This document shows, piece after piece, positions 17,803 to 26,416 of a DNA stretch of 45,326 bases. Origin of the DNA: Anaerolineaceae bacterium (GTDB lineage: Bacteria; Chloroflexota; Anaerolineae; Anaerolineales; Villigracilaceae). A program made the translations under genes and the position numbers. How positions within the stretch are numbered: the stretch's first letter is position 1; every line of letters begins with the position of its first letter. The DNA is taken from contig VFKQ01000148.1 in NCBI GenBank assembly GCA_009885445.1, positions 1-45,326 on the forward strand. The letters run 5' to 3'. The notes beneath the pieces are model-generated. The model worked only from the letters and a program-made list of their open reading frames with translations. It did no database searches and was not told where the DNA came from.

Positions 17803-17830
17803 ACACTGGTTACTGAACACTGATGACTGA
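17790..17830. repeat. Right heptamer arm (ACTGAAC)n, complementary to the left arm
   Basis: actgaaa actgaac actggtt actgaac actgatg actga; contains the ATG of the next gene. Confidence 0.9.
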
Positions 17831-18740
17831 ATCCCCTCCCGTCTGCGACTACACCGACTCTGATTACCAGTCCTCTTTTTGGGATTCTGGCGGACGCGCT
17901 TACGAAGATGCCGCTGAAGCGATTGCGCTGAAAGACCTCCTGCCTAAAAGCGGAAAGTTGATGCTCGAAATTGGCGCGGGCGCGGGACGCAATACGCCGC
18001 GTTATGCGGGCTTTGAGCGCATTGTCCTGCTGGATTATTCGCGCACGCAACTCGAACAGGCGCAGGCACGGCTGGGAAAATCTGACAAATATATTTACGT
18101 CGCCGCTGACGCCTATCGCCTGCCTTTCGTGGACGGACTCTTCGACGGGGCGACGATGATTCGCGCCCTGCATCACATGTCTGATGCGCCCAAAGTGTTG
18201 ACGGGTGTTGCGCGCGTGTTGGGGGCGCAGGCCATTTTTATTTTGGAATTTGCCAACAAGAAAAACTTCAAGTCCATTTTGCGCTGGTTGGCGGGGCGGC
18301 AGACTTGGAGTCCATTTACGCGCGAGCCTGTCGAATTCGTGGCGCTGAATTTTGACTTCCACCCGGCGGCGGTTTTCGCCTGGTTGGGCGAGGCCGGTTT
18401 CAGCGTGGAGGCGAAGCGCGCGGTGTCGCATTTTCGGCTGGGATTGTTAAAACGTCTTGTCCCCGCAAAATGGCTGGCCGCCCTCGACGGTCTGCTCCAG
18501 CCCACGGGGGAGTGGGCGCAGTTTACGCCGTCGGTGTTTGTGCGCGCGCGCCGCGTAGAACGGGATGGCATCCCGCCAGAGGGGAATGGTCGGATTGCCA
18601 ATCCGACCTACATAGAGATTTTCCAATGCCCATCGTGCGGAACCCACCCGCTGACGGCGGGCGCAGAGGCGCTGACCTGTCCCTCGTGCGGACGGGCGTA
18701 TGAATTGCGCGATAGGATTTACGATTTTCGTTTGGGTTGA
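17823..18740 (+). CDS. Class I SAM-dependent methyltransferase with C-terminal Trm112-like Zn ribbon
   Basis: LEIGAGAGR, LLDYS, ADAYRLPF...FD; CPSCG...CPSCGRAYELRDRIYDF. Confidence 0.9.
   Translation: MTESPPVCDYTDSDYQSSFWDSGGRAYEDAAEAIALKDLLPKSGKLMLEIGAGAGRNTPRYAGFERIVLLDYSRTQLEQAQARLGKSDKYIYVAADAYRLPFVDGLFDGATMIRALHHMSDAPKVLTGVARVLGAQAIFILEFANKKNFKSILRWLAGRQTWSPFTREPVEFVALNFDFHPAAVFAWLGEAGFSVEAKRAVSHFRLGLLKRLVPAKWLAALDGLLQPTGEWAQFTPSVFVRARRVERDGIPPEGNGRIANPTYIEIFQCPSCGTHPLTAGAEALTCPSCGRAYELRDRIYDFRLG
18555..18611. repeat. GTAG...CTAC double-hairpin REP-like element inside the methyltransferase CDS
   Basis: gtagaacgggatggcatcccg...ggtcggattgccaatccgacctac, 57 nt, read as VERDGIPPEGNGRIANPTY. 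Confidence 0.75.
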
Positions 18741-18744
18741 CTTT

Positions 18745-18773
18745 GTAGGGCCGCAGCAATGCTGCGGCCCTAC
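18745..18773. repeat. GTAG-type REP palindrome, 29 nt
   Basis: GTAGGGCCGCAGCA-A-TGCTGCGGCCCTAC. Confidence 0.9.
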
Positions 18774-18778
18774 TACAA

Positions 18779-20323
18779 TTATTTATTACATCGCGCAAAC
18801 AATTCGGGGGAGAGAAATGTGTTCGGCCCCACGCGCTGATAATTTTCGTTGAGGAAATCATTCAGCGGGCGCAGATATTCGGCCGTGTCATATTGGCCCC
18901 AGACGATGCCATTGTTAAGAATCACGATGACCAGCTCTTCATCGTGCAATTGTGCGATGACTTCGTCCTGCCCGACCTCAGCAACCCACGGCCAAAGAAA
19001 GAGATATTTTGAGGCGGGTTGTAAATCTGTGAACCAGTACGAATAAATTCCGGTGGGGTAATCTGCCAACAGCACATCGGCTTGGCCGCAGGTGAGTTTC
19101 ATAATTTGCGCGGCGTGCTTTTCTTCATCTTTGAAATGCACCTCATAAGAAAGTTTATTGCGCTCCTGATAAATTTGACTCGTGAAGCGGAATCCCATCC
19201 AGACGGCCAGCAAGAGAATCGCGATGCGCGCCCACTGTTGGGCGCGCCGCCACGAGATGGAGGGCAGGCATGCGCCAAACTCGTCCGTGAGAATTGCCGA
19301 AATGGCAAATAGGGCCGTGAAAATAAAAGGCTGGGCGCGGAAACTGGTTTTGGCAATTACCAGCGTGGCCGCGGCGAACAGATAAATAAAAGCCGCCAGC
19401 GAGAATTTGCGTTTTGCCAGCAATAAAATTGTGCAAATGATGATGGCCGCGCGGAAGAGGAAGCCGGTGAACAGCCAGTTATCCAATTGCACATAACGCA
19501 TGTCTACTATTTTAAATGGGTTAATGTCATACAGGCTGGGGTTGAGGATGCCGAGTCCGCTGAGCGCGTTCTTGGCGAAATCCATAATGCGCACAGGCGC
19601 GGTGTAAATATATTTGGAATATACCTGCGCGTTGAACTCGATGACGCTTTGCCAGAATAAAGTCAACGTGCCGGTGGCCAGCAGCCAGCCTGCAAAGATT
19701 ACCAATCCCATCGCGATGACGAGTCCCGCCCTGCATGCGCTGGCGCGCTGGTGGATAAACAAGAAAACCAGCGCGACTGCCATCGCGTAAATTGTCAACG
19801 GATTCGAGAGGAGCGCAACGAGCGAGAAGAGTCCAATCGTCAGCCAGTGCACCCATGCAGGTTTAAAGTCTTCGTCGAAGGCGCGCAAGGTTCCTAGCAA
19901 GACCACGAACAATGCCACGCCGGCAAACGAACTGTAAAACAGGGCGTGCCCAAAATAAAATGGACGCAGGATACCCCACAGCAGGGCGACGAGTCCCACC
20001 AGCAGATAACGTGCGCTGATTTTCATGGCGATAAAAAACGATGCGACTTGAAATGCCAACAGCGAAAGACGCGCCGCGAAGAGCGACTTGCCAAACACAG
20101 CCACCACGGCGGCCATCCAAAAATAAGGGAAGGGGAAATGATGCGAGAAGATATCGCGGTAGAGCGTCTCGCCGCTGAATATTAAACTGCCGACCACCAA
20201 GTTGTCGGCTTCATCTATAAATTTGTCCCAAAAAAGTATTGCATAGCCGAGCGCGAAGTTCAGCGCCAGCAGGCTCAGGCCGATGATCTTTTGAAAGTTG
20301 AATGATTTGGTGGGGGTGCTCAT
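18779..20323 (-). CDS. Polytopic membrane protein, probable GT-C (ArnT/PMT-like) glycosyltransferase
   Basis: DE motif after TM1 (FIDEADN), LYRDIFSHHFP loop, many TM segments, soluble C-terminal domain. Confidence 0.75.
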   Translation of the reverse strand: MSTPTKSFNFQKIIGLSLLALNFALGYAILFWDKFIDEADNLVVGSLIFSGETLYRDIFSHHFPFPYFWMAAVVAVFGKSLFAARLSLLAFQVASFFIAMKISARYLLVGLVALLWGILRPFYFGHALFYSSFAGVALFVVLLGTLRAFDEDFKPAWVHWLTIGLFSLVALLSNPLTIYAMAVALVFLFIHQRASACRAGLVIAMGLVIFAGWLLATGTLTLFWQSVIEFNAQVYSKYIYTAPVRIMDFAKNALSGLGILNPSLYDINPFKIVDMRYVQLDNWLFTGFLFRAAIIICTILLLAKRKFSLAAFIYLFAAATLVIAKTSFRAQPFIFTALFAISAILTDEFGACLPSISWRRAQQWARIAILLLAVWMGFRFTSQIYQERNKLSYEVHFKDEEKHAAQIMKLTCGQADVLLADYPTGIYSYWFTDLQPASKYLFLWPWVAEVGQDEVIAQLHDEELVIVILNNGIVWGQYDTAEYLRPLNDFLNENYQRVGPNTFLSPELFARCNK

Positions 20324-20532
20324 TGTTTTATGGGCAGGTTGAAAAATATTCAGCGGAGAAACAGGCCTTTTGCGCCCGAGCCGCTTCGGGCGAGTATAGC
20401 ACGGCGGCGGCGCGAGTCGCTTTCACGCATTGAAGTATCGACAGAGTGGCGATATACTTGACGGAACATGTTTAAGATGAACTTCGTCAATCCTTTTGAG
20501 AAACCCAGATACGCCCCTGCTAGGAGGATGCT

Positions 20533-22968
20533 ATGAAAAATCGACTCAGACTCGCCTCAGCCGCCATGTTGCTGGCCCTGCTCGCCTCGTTCATACCGTT
20601 GAGCGGGTCGGGCTTCCCCAGCGCGTCGGCGGCCACGTTGTGTGACGCGGTCAAATTCGTCAGCGACGTGACATACAAAGACGGCTCCAGTGTTGCGCCT
20701 GGACTCGCCTTCACGAAAACGTGGAAGTTAAGGAACGACGGCACCTGCACATGGACAACTGCGTACACGCTGGTCTATGTCAGCGGTGAAAAAATGGGCA
20801 CGGTTCTTTCCGTGTCGATTCCAGCGGTCACTGCGCCGGGTGGCGAAGTGGATGTGAGTGTGAACATGGTTGCGCCGACCACCGCCGGTAGCTACACCGG
20901 CAACTGGCAATTAAAGAATGCCGCTGGCGCGGCTTTTGGAATCGGTGCAAATGCCACGGGCGTGTTTTGGGTGAAGATTGTTGTGCCCGGCACTGTGCCC
21001 GGCCCGGTTCCTACTACTGGAGTGGCTTATAACTTTGCAGACAAAGCCTGCGATGCCAAGTGGACCAACGCCATCAGCACGCCCGAAGTTCTTCTACCCT
21101 GTCCGGGCACGGACGGCGACGCGCGCGGCTTTGTGCTTAAGCAGGCTAACCCGTTGCTTGAAAACGGTGTTGCTGATTCCGCCGCGGGCTTGCTCGTCTC
21201 GCCGCAACCTGTGGCCAATGGATATATTCAGGCGGAGTATCCCGCCTTCCGCGTGGAGCGCGGCGACAAACTGAAAGCGACTGTCAGTTGTGAGGCCAAT
21301 GCCACAACCTGTTACGTCGCCTATCGAATCGATTATGTGACAACCAGCGGAAAAACAGGCAACCTGCTTTCTTTCCGTGAAAAATATGAACGCCAATACT
21401 ATCGCACCAACATTGACCTGAGTTTCCTTGCCGGGCAGGATGTGAAGTTCCTGTTTAAAGTTTCGGTGTATGGCTCCGCGCTCACCAACCGCGCGTTATG
21501 GGGCAACCCAATCATTGATCGCACGGGCACACCTGGAGGCGGGACAACGCCGCCGCCACCCGCCTCGGGTTGTGACAAGGCTCAATTCGTCTCAGATGAA
21601 ACCATCCCGGATGGCAAGATCGTGGCCCCGGGTGAAGCTCTTGAAAAAATTTGGAAGATCAAAAACGCTGGCACCTGCACCTGGACGACAAATTACCAAC
21701 TGGTTTTCTTTGAAGGCAATCAGATGGGCGGCGCAAGCCCCTCGGCTTTTCAAGAGAACGTGGCCCCCGGCGCGACTGTTTTGCTCAAGCTGAAATTAAC
21801 CGCTCCAACCACGGGCGGCAAAGCGCGCAGTAGTTGGATGTTCAAGAACGCGCAGGGTCAACTCTTTGGCGCGGGTCGCACGGGCCAGGCCCCCATCTTT
21901 GTGGAGATCAACGTCAGCGGACCGACCGCCACGCCCGGCGGGCCGCCTCCCACCGACACAACCAGCGCTTACGATTTTGTTGCGCACGCCTGCGACGCGG
22001 AGACCAAGTGGGTCAGCGGCGCGGGTGCGCTGACCTGCCCGAGCGCGGACGGTGACGCGAAGGGCTTCGTGCTCAAGATTACGAATCCGCAACTCGAGAC
22101 TGGCACCGTTGACTCGCGCCCGGGCCTGTTGACCAATCCGCAAAACACGGTCAACGGTTACATTCAGGGCAAGTATCCTGAGTTCACCGTGCAGAACGGC
22201 GACCACTTTAAGAGCGTGATCAACTGTCAGTTTAACGCCGGTTCGTGCAATGTCGTCTTCCGTCTCGATTATCAAGTGGGTGATGCGGCGGCGATTAACC
22301 TGTTTTCGTTTGGCGAGAAATACGAAGGCAAGTTCTTTGAGATGGACGTGGACGTGAGCAAACTCGCCGGCCAGAAAGTGAAATTTATTCTCACCGTCAC
22401 TGCCGGCACCTCCGCAGTGGGTGACCGCGCCTTGTGGGTTGCGCCGCGCATCTTCCGCCCGACGGCCACGAACGTCCCCCCCGCCCCCGCAGTGGATACT
22501 ACCAATTTCAGCACACAAACGCTGACGAAATTCACCTTCAAGACTCCGCCCGGCTCGGTGGTGGATATTGGCTCCAACGATACTTTTGTGAAAGTCACCC
22601 TGCCTTCCAACACCGGCACCACGCTGGCTGAAAAATACATGGAGGCCAAAGTTATCGAAAATGTCACTGCTTGTACTTCTCCCGCCGCACCCGCAAACGC
22701 CGCCAGTGAAACTGTGACCATCAATGGCGTTTCGTTCCTCAAGCAGAGTTGGAGCGATGGCGCGGCCCCCAATGTCTACGATAACGTGGCGTATTCCACT
22801 TTGAAGAGCGGTAGCACCACTTGCGCCACGCTCACATTCGTCTTGCACTCGCTCAACCCTGCGGCCATGTCCACACCTGTGCCACCGGCCACGGTACCGC
22901 CCGCGTTTGATAAGAACGCCGAGTCGGCCATCTTCCAAACTATCCTGAGCACCTTCGCCTGGAAGTAA
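20533..22968 (+). CDS. Secreted protein with two NBR1-like Ig (FW) domains in a duplicated two-domain module
   Basis: Signal peptide; CD..FVSDVT..DG....PG..FTKTWKLRNDGTCTW twice, each followed by a Cys-containing beta domain (CPGTDGDARGFV / CPSADGDAKGFV); AGGAGG RBS. Confidence 0.88.
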   Translation: MKNRLRLASAAMLLALLASFIPLSGSGFPSASAATLCDAVKFVSDVTYKDGSSVAPGLAFTKTWKLRNDGTCTWTTAYTLVYVSGEKMGTVLSVSIPAVTAPGGEVDVSVNMVAPTTAGSYTGNWQLKNAAGAAFGIGANATGVFWVKIVVPGTVPGPVPTTGVAYNFADKACDAKWTNAISTPEVLLPCPGTDGDARGFVLKQANPLLENGVADSAAGLLVSPQPVANGYIQAEYPAFRVERGDKLKATVSCEANATTCYVAYRIDYVTTSGKTGNLLSFREKYERQYYRTNIDLSFLAGQDVKFLFKVSVYGSALTNRALWGNPIIDRTGTPGGGTTPPPPASGCDKAQFVSDETIPDGKIVAPGEALEKIWKIKNAGTCTWTTNYQLVFFEGNQMGGASPSAFQENVAPGATVLLKLKLTAPTTGGKARSSWMFKNAQGQLFGAGRTGQAPIFVEINVSGPTATPGGPPPTDTTSAYDFVAHACDAETKWVSGAGALTCPSADGDAKGFVLKITNPQLETGTVDSRPGLLTNPQNTVNGYIQGKYPEFTVQNGDHFKSVINCQFNAGSCNVVFRLDYQVGDAAAINLFSFGEKYEGKFFEMDVDVSKLAGQKVKFILTVTAGTSAVGDRALWVAPRIFRPTATNVPPAPAVDTTNFSTQTLTKFTFKTPPGSVVDIGSNDTFVKVTLPSNTGTTLAEKYMEAKVIENVTACTSPAAPANAASETVTINGVSFLKQSWSDGAAPNVYDNVAYSTLKSGSTTCATLTFVLHSLNPAAMSTPVPPATVPPAFDKNAESAIFQTILSTFAWK

Positions 22969-22982
22969 ACCAAAATTCAAAT

Positions 22983-23010
22983 CAGCGACCTCCCGCAAGG
23001 GAGGTCGCTG
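22983..23010 (+). terminator. Hairpin after the NBR1-Ig gene
   Basis: cagcgacctccc-gcaa-gggaggtcgctg, GNRA loop; weak U-tract. Confidence 0.6.
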
Positions 23011-23033
23011 GCTAATGCAACGTATAAAAAATC

Positions 23034-23106
23034 TACCACGGATGAAAAGGATGGAAAGGATGCCGAACAAATTCATGATCGCTTTTATCACTTTTATCCG
23101 TGGTTT
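23034..23106. repeat. Period-9 inverted array (ACCACGGAT type)
   Basis: accacggatgaaaaggatggaaaggatg ... atcgcttttatcacttttatccgtggt; related copy at 24839-24937. Confidence 0.75.
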
Positions 23107-23115
23107 CTGATGTAA

Positions 23116-23832
23116 ATGACCGACACCCGCCCCCTCATTTTGCTCGCTGACGACGATCCCTCCATCGCGGATTCGCTCGCGCCTTTCCTCGACCGAGCCG
23201 GGTTCCACGTGCTGACCGTCTCCGACGGCGTCTCGGCGCTGGAGAAGATTCACTCGCATCGTCCCGCGCTGGTGATTCTCGATGTGCTCATGCCGCGCAT
23301 GGACGGGCGTGAAGTCTTGCGTCGTATGCGCCGCGAAAATTTGTGGATTCCCACAATTCTATTAACGCAAGTCGGCGAATCCTCCGAGCGCGCGCTGGCC
23401 CTCGAAGAAGGCGCGGACGATTACCTGAACAAGCCATTTGATCCGCACGAATTATTGGCGCGCGCAAAAGCCGTCTTGCGCCGCGCAAGGCCGGGCGAAA
23501 GATCACTGTCCACTTCATGGACTCTCTCCGCGCTCGATTTGACTCTCGACCGCAAAGCGCGCCGCGCGAGTCTCTCGGGCGTGACGCTGGAGCTGACTCC
23601 CAAAGCGCTGGCTGTGCTCGAATATTTGATGATTCACCCCGACGAAGCCGTGCGCCGCGAACGTCTGCTCGAAGCAGTTTGGGGCTGGGAATATCCCACC
23701 GGCACGCGGACAGTTGACACGCGCATGGCCGAACTGCGCCGCGCCCTCAGCGATGACCCCGACCAGCCGCGTTATATCGAAACTGTCCCGGCTGAGGGCT
23801 ATCGTTTTATTGCTGACGTGAAGGGGGAGTGA
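23116..23832 (+). CDS. OmpR-family response regulator
   Basis: LADDD, ILDVLMP, GADDYLNKPF, winged helix TRTVDTRMAELRR...IETVPAEGYRF. Confidence 0.95.
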   Translation: MTDTRPLILLADDDPSIADSLAPFLDRAGFHVLTVSDGVSALEKIHSHRPALVILDVLMPRMDGREVLRRMRRENLWIPTILLTQVGESSERALALEEGADDYLNKPFDPHELLARAKAVLRRARPGERSLSTSWTLSALDLTLDRKARRASLSGVTLELTPKALAVLEYLMIHPDEAVRRERLLEAVWGWEYPTGTRTVDTRMAELRRALSDDPDQPRYIETVPAEGYRFIADVKGE

Positions 23833-23865
23833 TGATTAATACATTTGCCACGAAGTCCACGAAGC

Positions 23866-23898
23866 AAGTGACAGTCACCTTCAAGGTGACTGTCACTT
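23866..23898. repeat. 33-bp doubly symmetric palindrome between regulator and kinase
   Basis: aagtgacagtcacctt-c-aaggtgactgtcactt; each arm contains the palindrome gtgac-a/t-gtcac. Confidence 0.85.
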
Positions 23899-23914
23899 CT
23901 GGGTTTGCGCAACC

Positions 23915-24838
23915 ATGAAATACCTGCGCCTCCTCATCGCCCTCGCGCCTGTGACTTTGGGCGCGCTCATCTCTGTCATCGCGCAATTATTTTTTGCGCC
24001 GGTGCCATTGCTCGCCTTCAAAGTGGACGTGGGCATGGCGATTTTCGTCATTGGCGCGGGCGTGAGTCTCGTCGTTGGCGGAGCGTTCCTCGGAGCGGCC
24101 ACCCGTGAGCGGCGGGCGACGAACGAGATAGAGGCGATTCGGCGCGAGACGGAGGAGAGTCAACGGCGCTTCATCCGCCGACTCGACCATGAGATTAAAA
24201 ATCCGCTGACAGGACTCGGCGCGGCGTTGGTCAACATGCAAGAGACTCCGCGCGAGGAAGATCGAAAACGCGCCGGCGAGAATGCGCGACACGCGATTGA
24301 AAGATTGAAACGCCTGCTCGCGGACTTGCGCAAACTGGCCGAGTTAGAGGAGCGTCCGCTCGAGCGCCTGCCCGTGGACATCCCCGACTTGCTCGAAGAG
24401 GTGGCGGAGGCCGTGCGCTCTTTGCCGACGGCGCAAGAGCGGACGGTGAACCTGATGATCGCGCGCGTGCCCTGGCCCTTCCCGCCGGTGACGGGGGACC
24501 GCGATTTGCTGGGACTGGTTTTTTATAATTTACTTGAGAACGCGATCAAGTTCACGGGCCGCGCTGATTCGCTCGAAGTGCGCGCGCTCGAAGATGGCCG
24601 CGACATTGTGGTGGAAGTGGCCGATAGCGGCACGGGGATTCCGCCGGAAGATTTGTCGAAAATTTTTGAAGAGTTGTATCGCGGCGTCAACGCGCGCTCC
24701 ACCGAAGGCTCGGGGCTTGGCTTGGCGCTCGCGCGGCGCATTGTGATTCTGCACGAGGGCCGTATGGAAGTGCGCTCGAAACAGGAGGAGCCGCGAGGCA
24801 CGGTGTTTACGGTGAGGTTGCCGGTGGGGAGGAAATAG
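23915..24838 (+). CDS. Sensor histidine kinase (2 TM, HisKA, HATPase_c)
   Basis: RLDHEIKNPLT, NLLENAIKF, DSGTGI, GSGLGL, GTVFTVRLP. Confidence 0.94.
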   Translation: MKYLRLLIALAPVTLGALISVIAQLFFAPVPLLAFKVDVGMAIFVIGAGVSLVVGGAFLGAATRERRATNEIEAIRRETEESQRRFIRRLDHEIKNPLTGLGAALVNMQETPREEDRKRAGENARHAIERLKRLLADLRKLAELEERPLERLPVDIPDLLEEVAEAVRSLPTAQERTVNLMIARVPWPFPPVTGDRDLLGLVFYNLLENAIKFTGRADSLEVRALEDGRDIVVEVADSGTGIPPEDLSKIFEELYRGVNARSTEGSGLGLALARRIVILHEGRMEVRSKQEEPRGTVFTVRLPVGRK

Positions 24839-24937
24839 AACCACGGATGGAAGGGATACAAGAGATAAGACCACAGATATTAGAGGATACAAGGTATGAA
24901 GTCCGCGTTTATTTTCATCGCTTTCATCTGTGGTCTT
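24839..24937. repeat. Period-9 inverted array (ACCACGGAT/ACCACAGAT type)
   Basis: aaccacggatggaagggatacaagagataagaccacagat ... ttcatcgctttcatctgtggtctt. Confidence 0.7.
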
Positions 24938-25029
24938 TATAAAAAATCGGGGCACCGCTCTTGTCTTATGCTAATATGCACTGGCCGCGACCTGAGCAAA
25001 AAGGAGCGCAGTATTTATGAGCAAATCAA

Positions 25030-25736
25030 TCCCTAAGCGTTTGTTCAAAAATAGCTTGAACACTTTTTGTATTTGATAATGTGTCCTAAAAAAATAGGAC
25101 AAGCATAATGCCAAGTAAGTCAAAAAAAAACGCTTCATAACTGTACCCGTGAAATTTGCAAACGACATCCATATAGCAGGATAGCCAACGAGCACAAAGC
25201 AATCAACCGTGTTTTGATGGGCTTGGATGAAAAAAAAACAAACGGCGCTTTGCGGGCGTACTGGCAAATCAACAAGGAAATATTTTGCAATTGTCGTGGA
25301 TCACGGGTTTGAGTCGAAATACAATTTATAGCGGACAAAGTGAAGTTGAGCATTCGCGACGCAATCGAATATTAAGCATACGGCGTTCAGGAGCAGGACG
25401 ATTACCTGTTGAAAAAAACAACCCGGAATCTTGAAGGCATTGGAAAAACTTTTACAAGATTCAACCGCAGGCGATCCAATCACAGGACTGAAGTGGACGC
25501 GTAAAACATCTCGCAAACTTGCCCGTGAACTAATGCGAAAAGGCTTCAAAATTGGACACAACACCGTTTCGCGGTTAGCCAATCATTTGGGATACACCTT
25601 GCGCGGAAACAAAAAGCGTCTTAGCCGAAAGCAGGATGCGAGGCGCGACAGCCAGATGCATTATCTGGCAGGTCTGCGAAATCGGTTTTTGCGACAAAAA
25701 CTGCCTGTTATCAGCGTAGATTGCAAGAAAAAAGAG
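25030..25736 (+). mobile_element. ISAzo13-family transposase remnant, frameshifted and 3'-truncated
   Basis: From ATG 25108, with slips in A9 runs: ...LDEK/NKRRFAG...TGLSRNTI...RRSGAGR...TAGDPITGLKWTRKTSRKLAREL...TVSRL...GYTLRGNKK...PVISVDCKKKE; AT-rich; left end approximate. Confidence 0.85.
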
Positions 25737-25763
25737 AGCGGACACAATGTCCGCTCTCTTTTT
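25728..25763. terminator. Bidirectional intrinsic terminator
   Basis: aaaaaagagagcggaca-caa-tgtccgctctcttttt. Confidence 0.85.
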
Positions 25764-25775
25764 GTTTTACGCTGA

Positions 25776-26225
25776 TTAAGCTATTTTCTTGCCCGCACGT
25801 TTCGGTGCGGGTTTGGCCGGAGCGGCCTCGGGGGCCGGAGCGCTCATTGTGGGCGAACCCGCTTTGGGGCGTTGCCCTGAGCCTGTCGAAGGGTCGAGCA
25901 CGAGGCGCGCGTTGCGGCGTCCCAGCCAGTAGGCGCCATAGACCAATCCTGCGAACAGCACCAAGTGGATGAGTCCGCCGGCGTGCCCGCCACCATGGTC
26001 ACCGCCGAAACGTCCGCCATGATGTTTGCCGCCGTGAAAACTTTGGCCGGGCCCAACCTGAATCACCTCGCCCAGCGGCGCTTCAAACGGACCGCCAGCA
26101 AAAAACATGGGGCCATGCGCCGCAAAGCCCATGTGGGCCTGCGCCATAAAACCAACACACGCGCCAGCCGCGAACAGGGCCAGCCCCAAAACAATTCCTA
26201 AAAACCATTTCCAAAATTTATTCAT
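25776..26225 (-). CDS. Small Gly/His-rich membrane protein (2 TM)
   Basis: AGGAG RBS; MNKFWKWFLGIVLGL TM, HGG-rich loop, second TM, PA/K-rich tail; carries a 24-nt insert. Confidence 0.75.
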   Translation of the reverse strand: MNKFWKWFLGIVLGLALFAAGACVGFMAQAHMGFAAHGPMFFAGGPFEAPLGEVIQVGPGQSFHGGKHHGGRFGGDHGGGHAGGLIHLVLFAGLVYGAYWLGRRNARLVLDPSTGSGQRPKAGSPTMSAPAPEAAPAKPAPKRAGKKIA

Positions 26226-26335
26226 TTCTGCTCCTTTGTGAAGGCCCCATTATAAGCGCCCAATCTGAAAGCCAGATGATTTTTTGCGGCGGTACTTCTG
26301 GTGCTGTGCCGTGGGGAGAATTCTCGTATAATGAG

Positions 26336-26410
26336 AAGGTATACAAGTACACATGTAAACACGTTTCCTGTTTCCCTGTGTACCTCTTCATCCTTCATCT
26401 TTCATCTTTG
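26336..26410. repeat. 8-mer inverted array plus (TTCATCT) heptamers upstream of the ATPase
   Basis: aaggtatacaagtacacatgtaaacacg / tttcctgtttccctgtgtacct / ttcatccttcatctttcatcttt; related 8-mer arrays at 28063-28119 and 43648-43673. Confidence 0.7.
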
Positions 26411-26416
26411 AATCCT

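Noticed and set aside
21796-23259. 487-aa minus-strand ORF
   Set aside because: Antisense shadow of the NBR1-Ig gene in GC-rich codons; no recognisable motifs.
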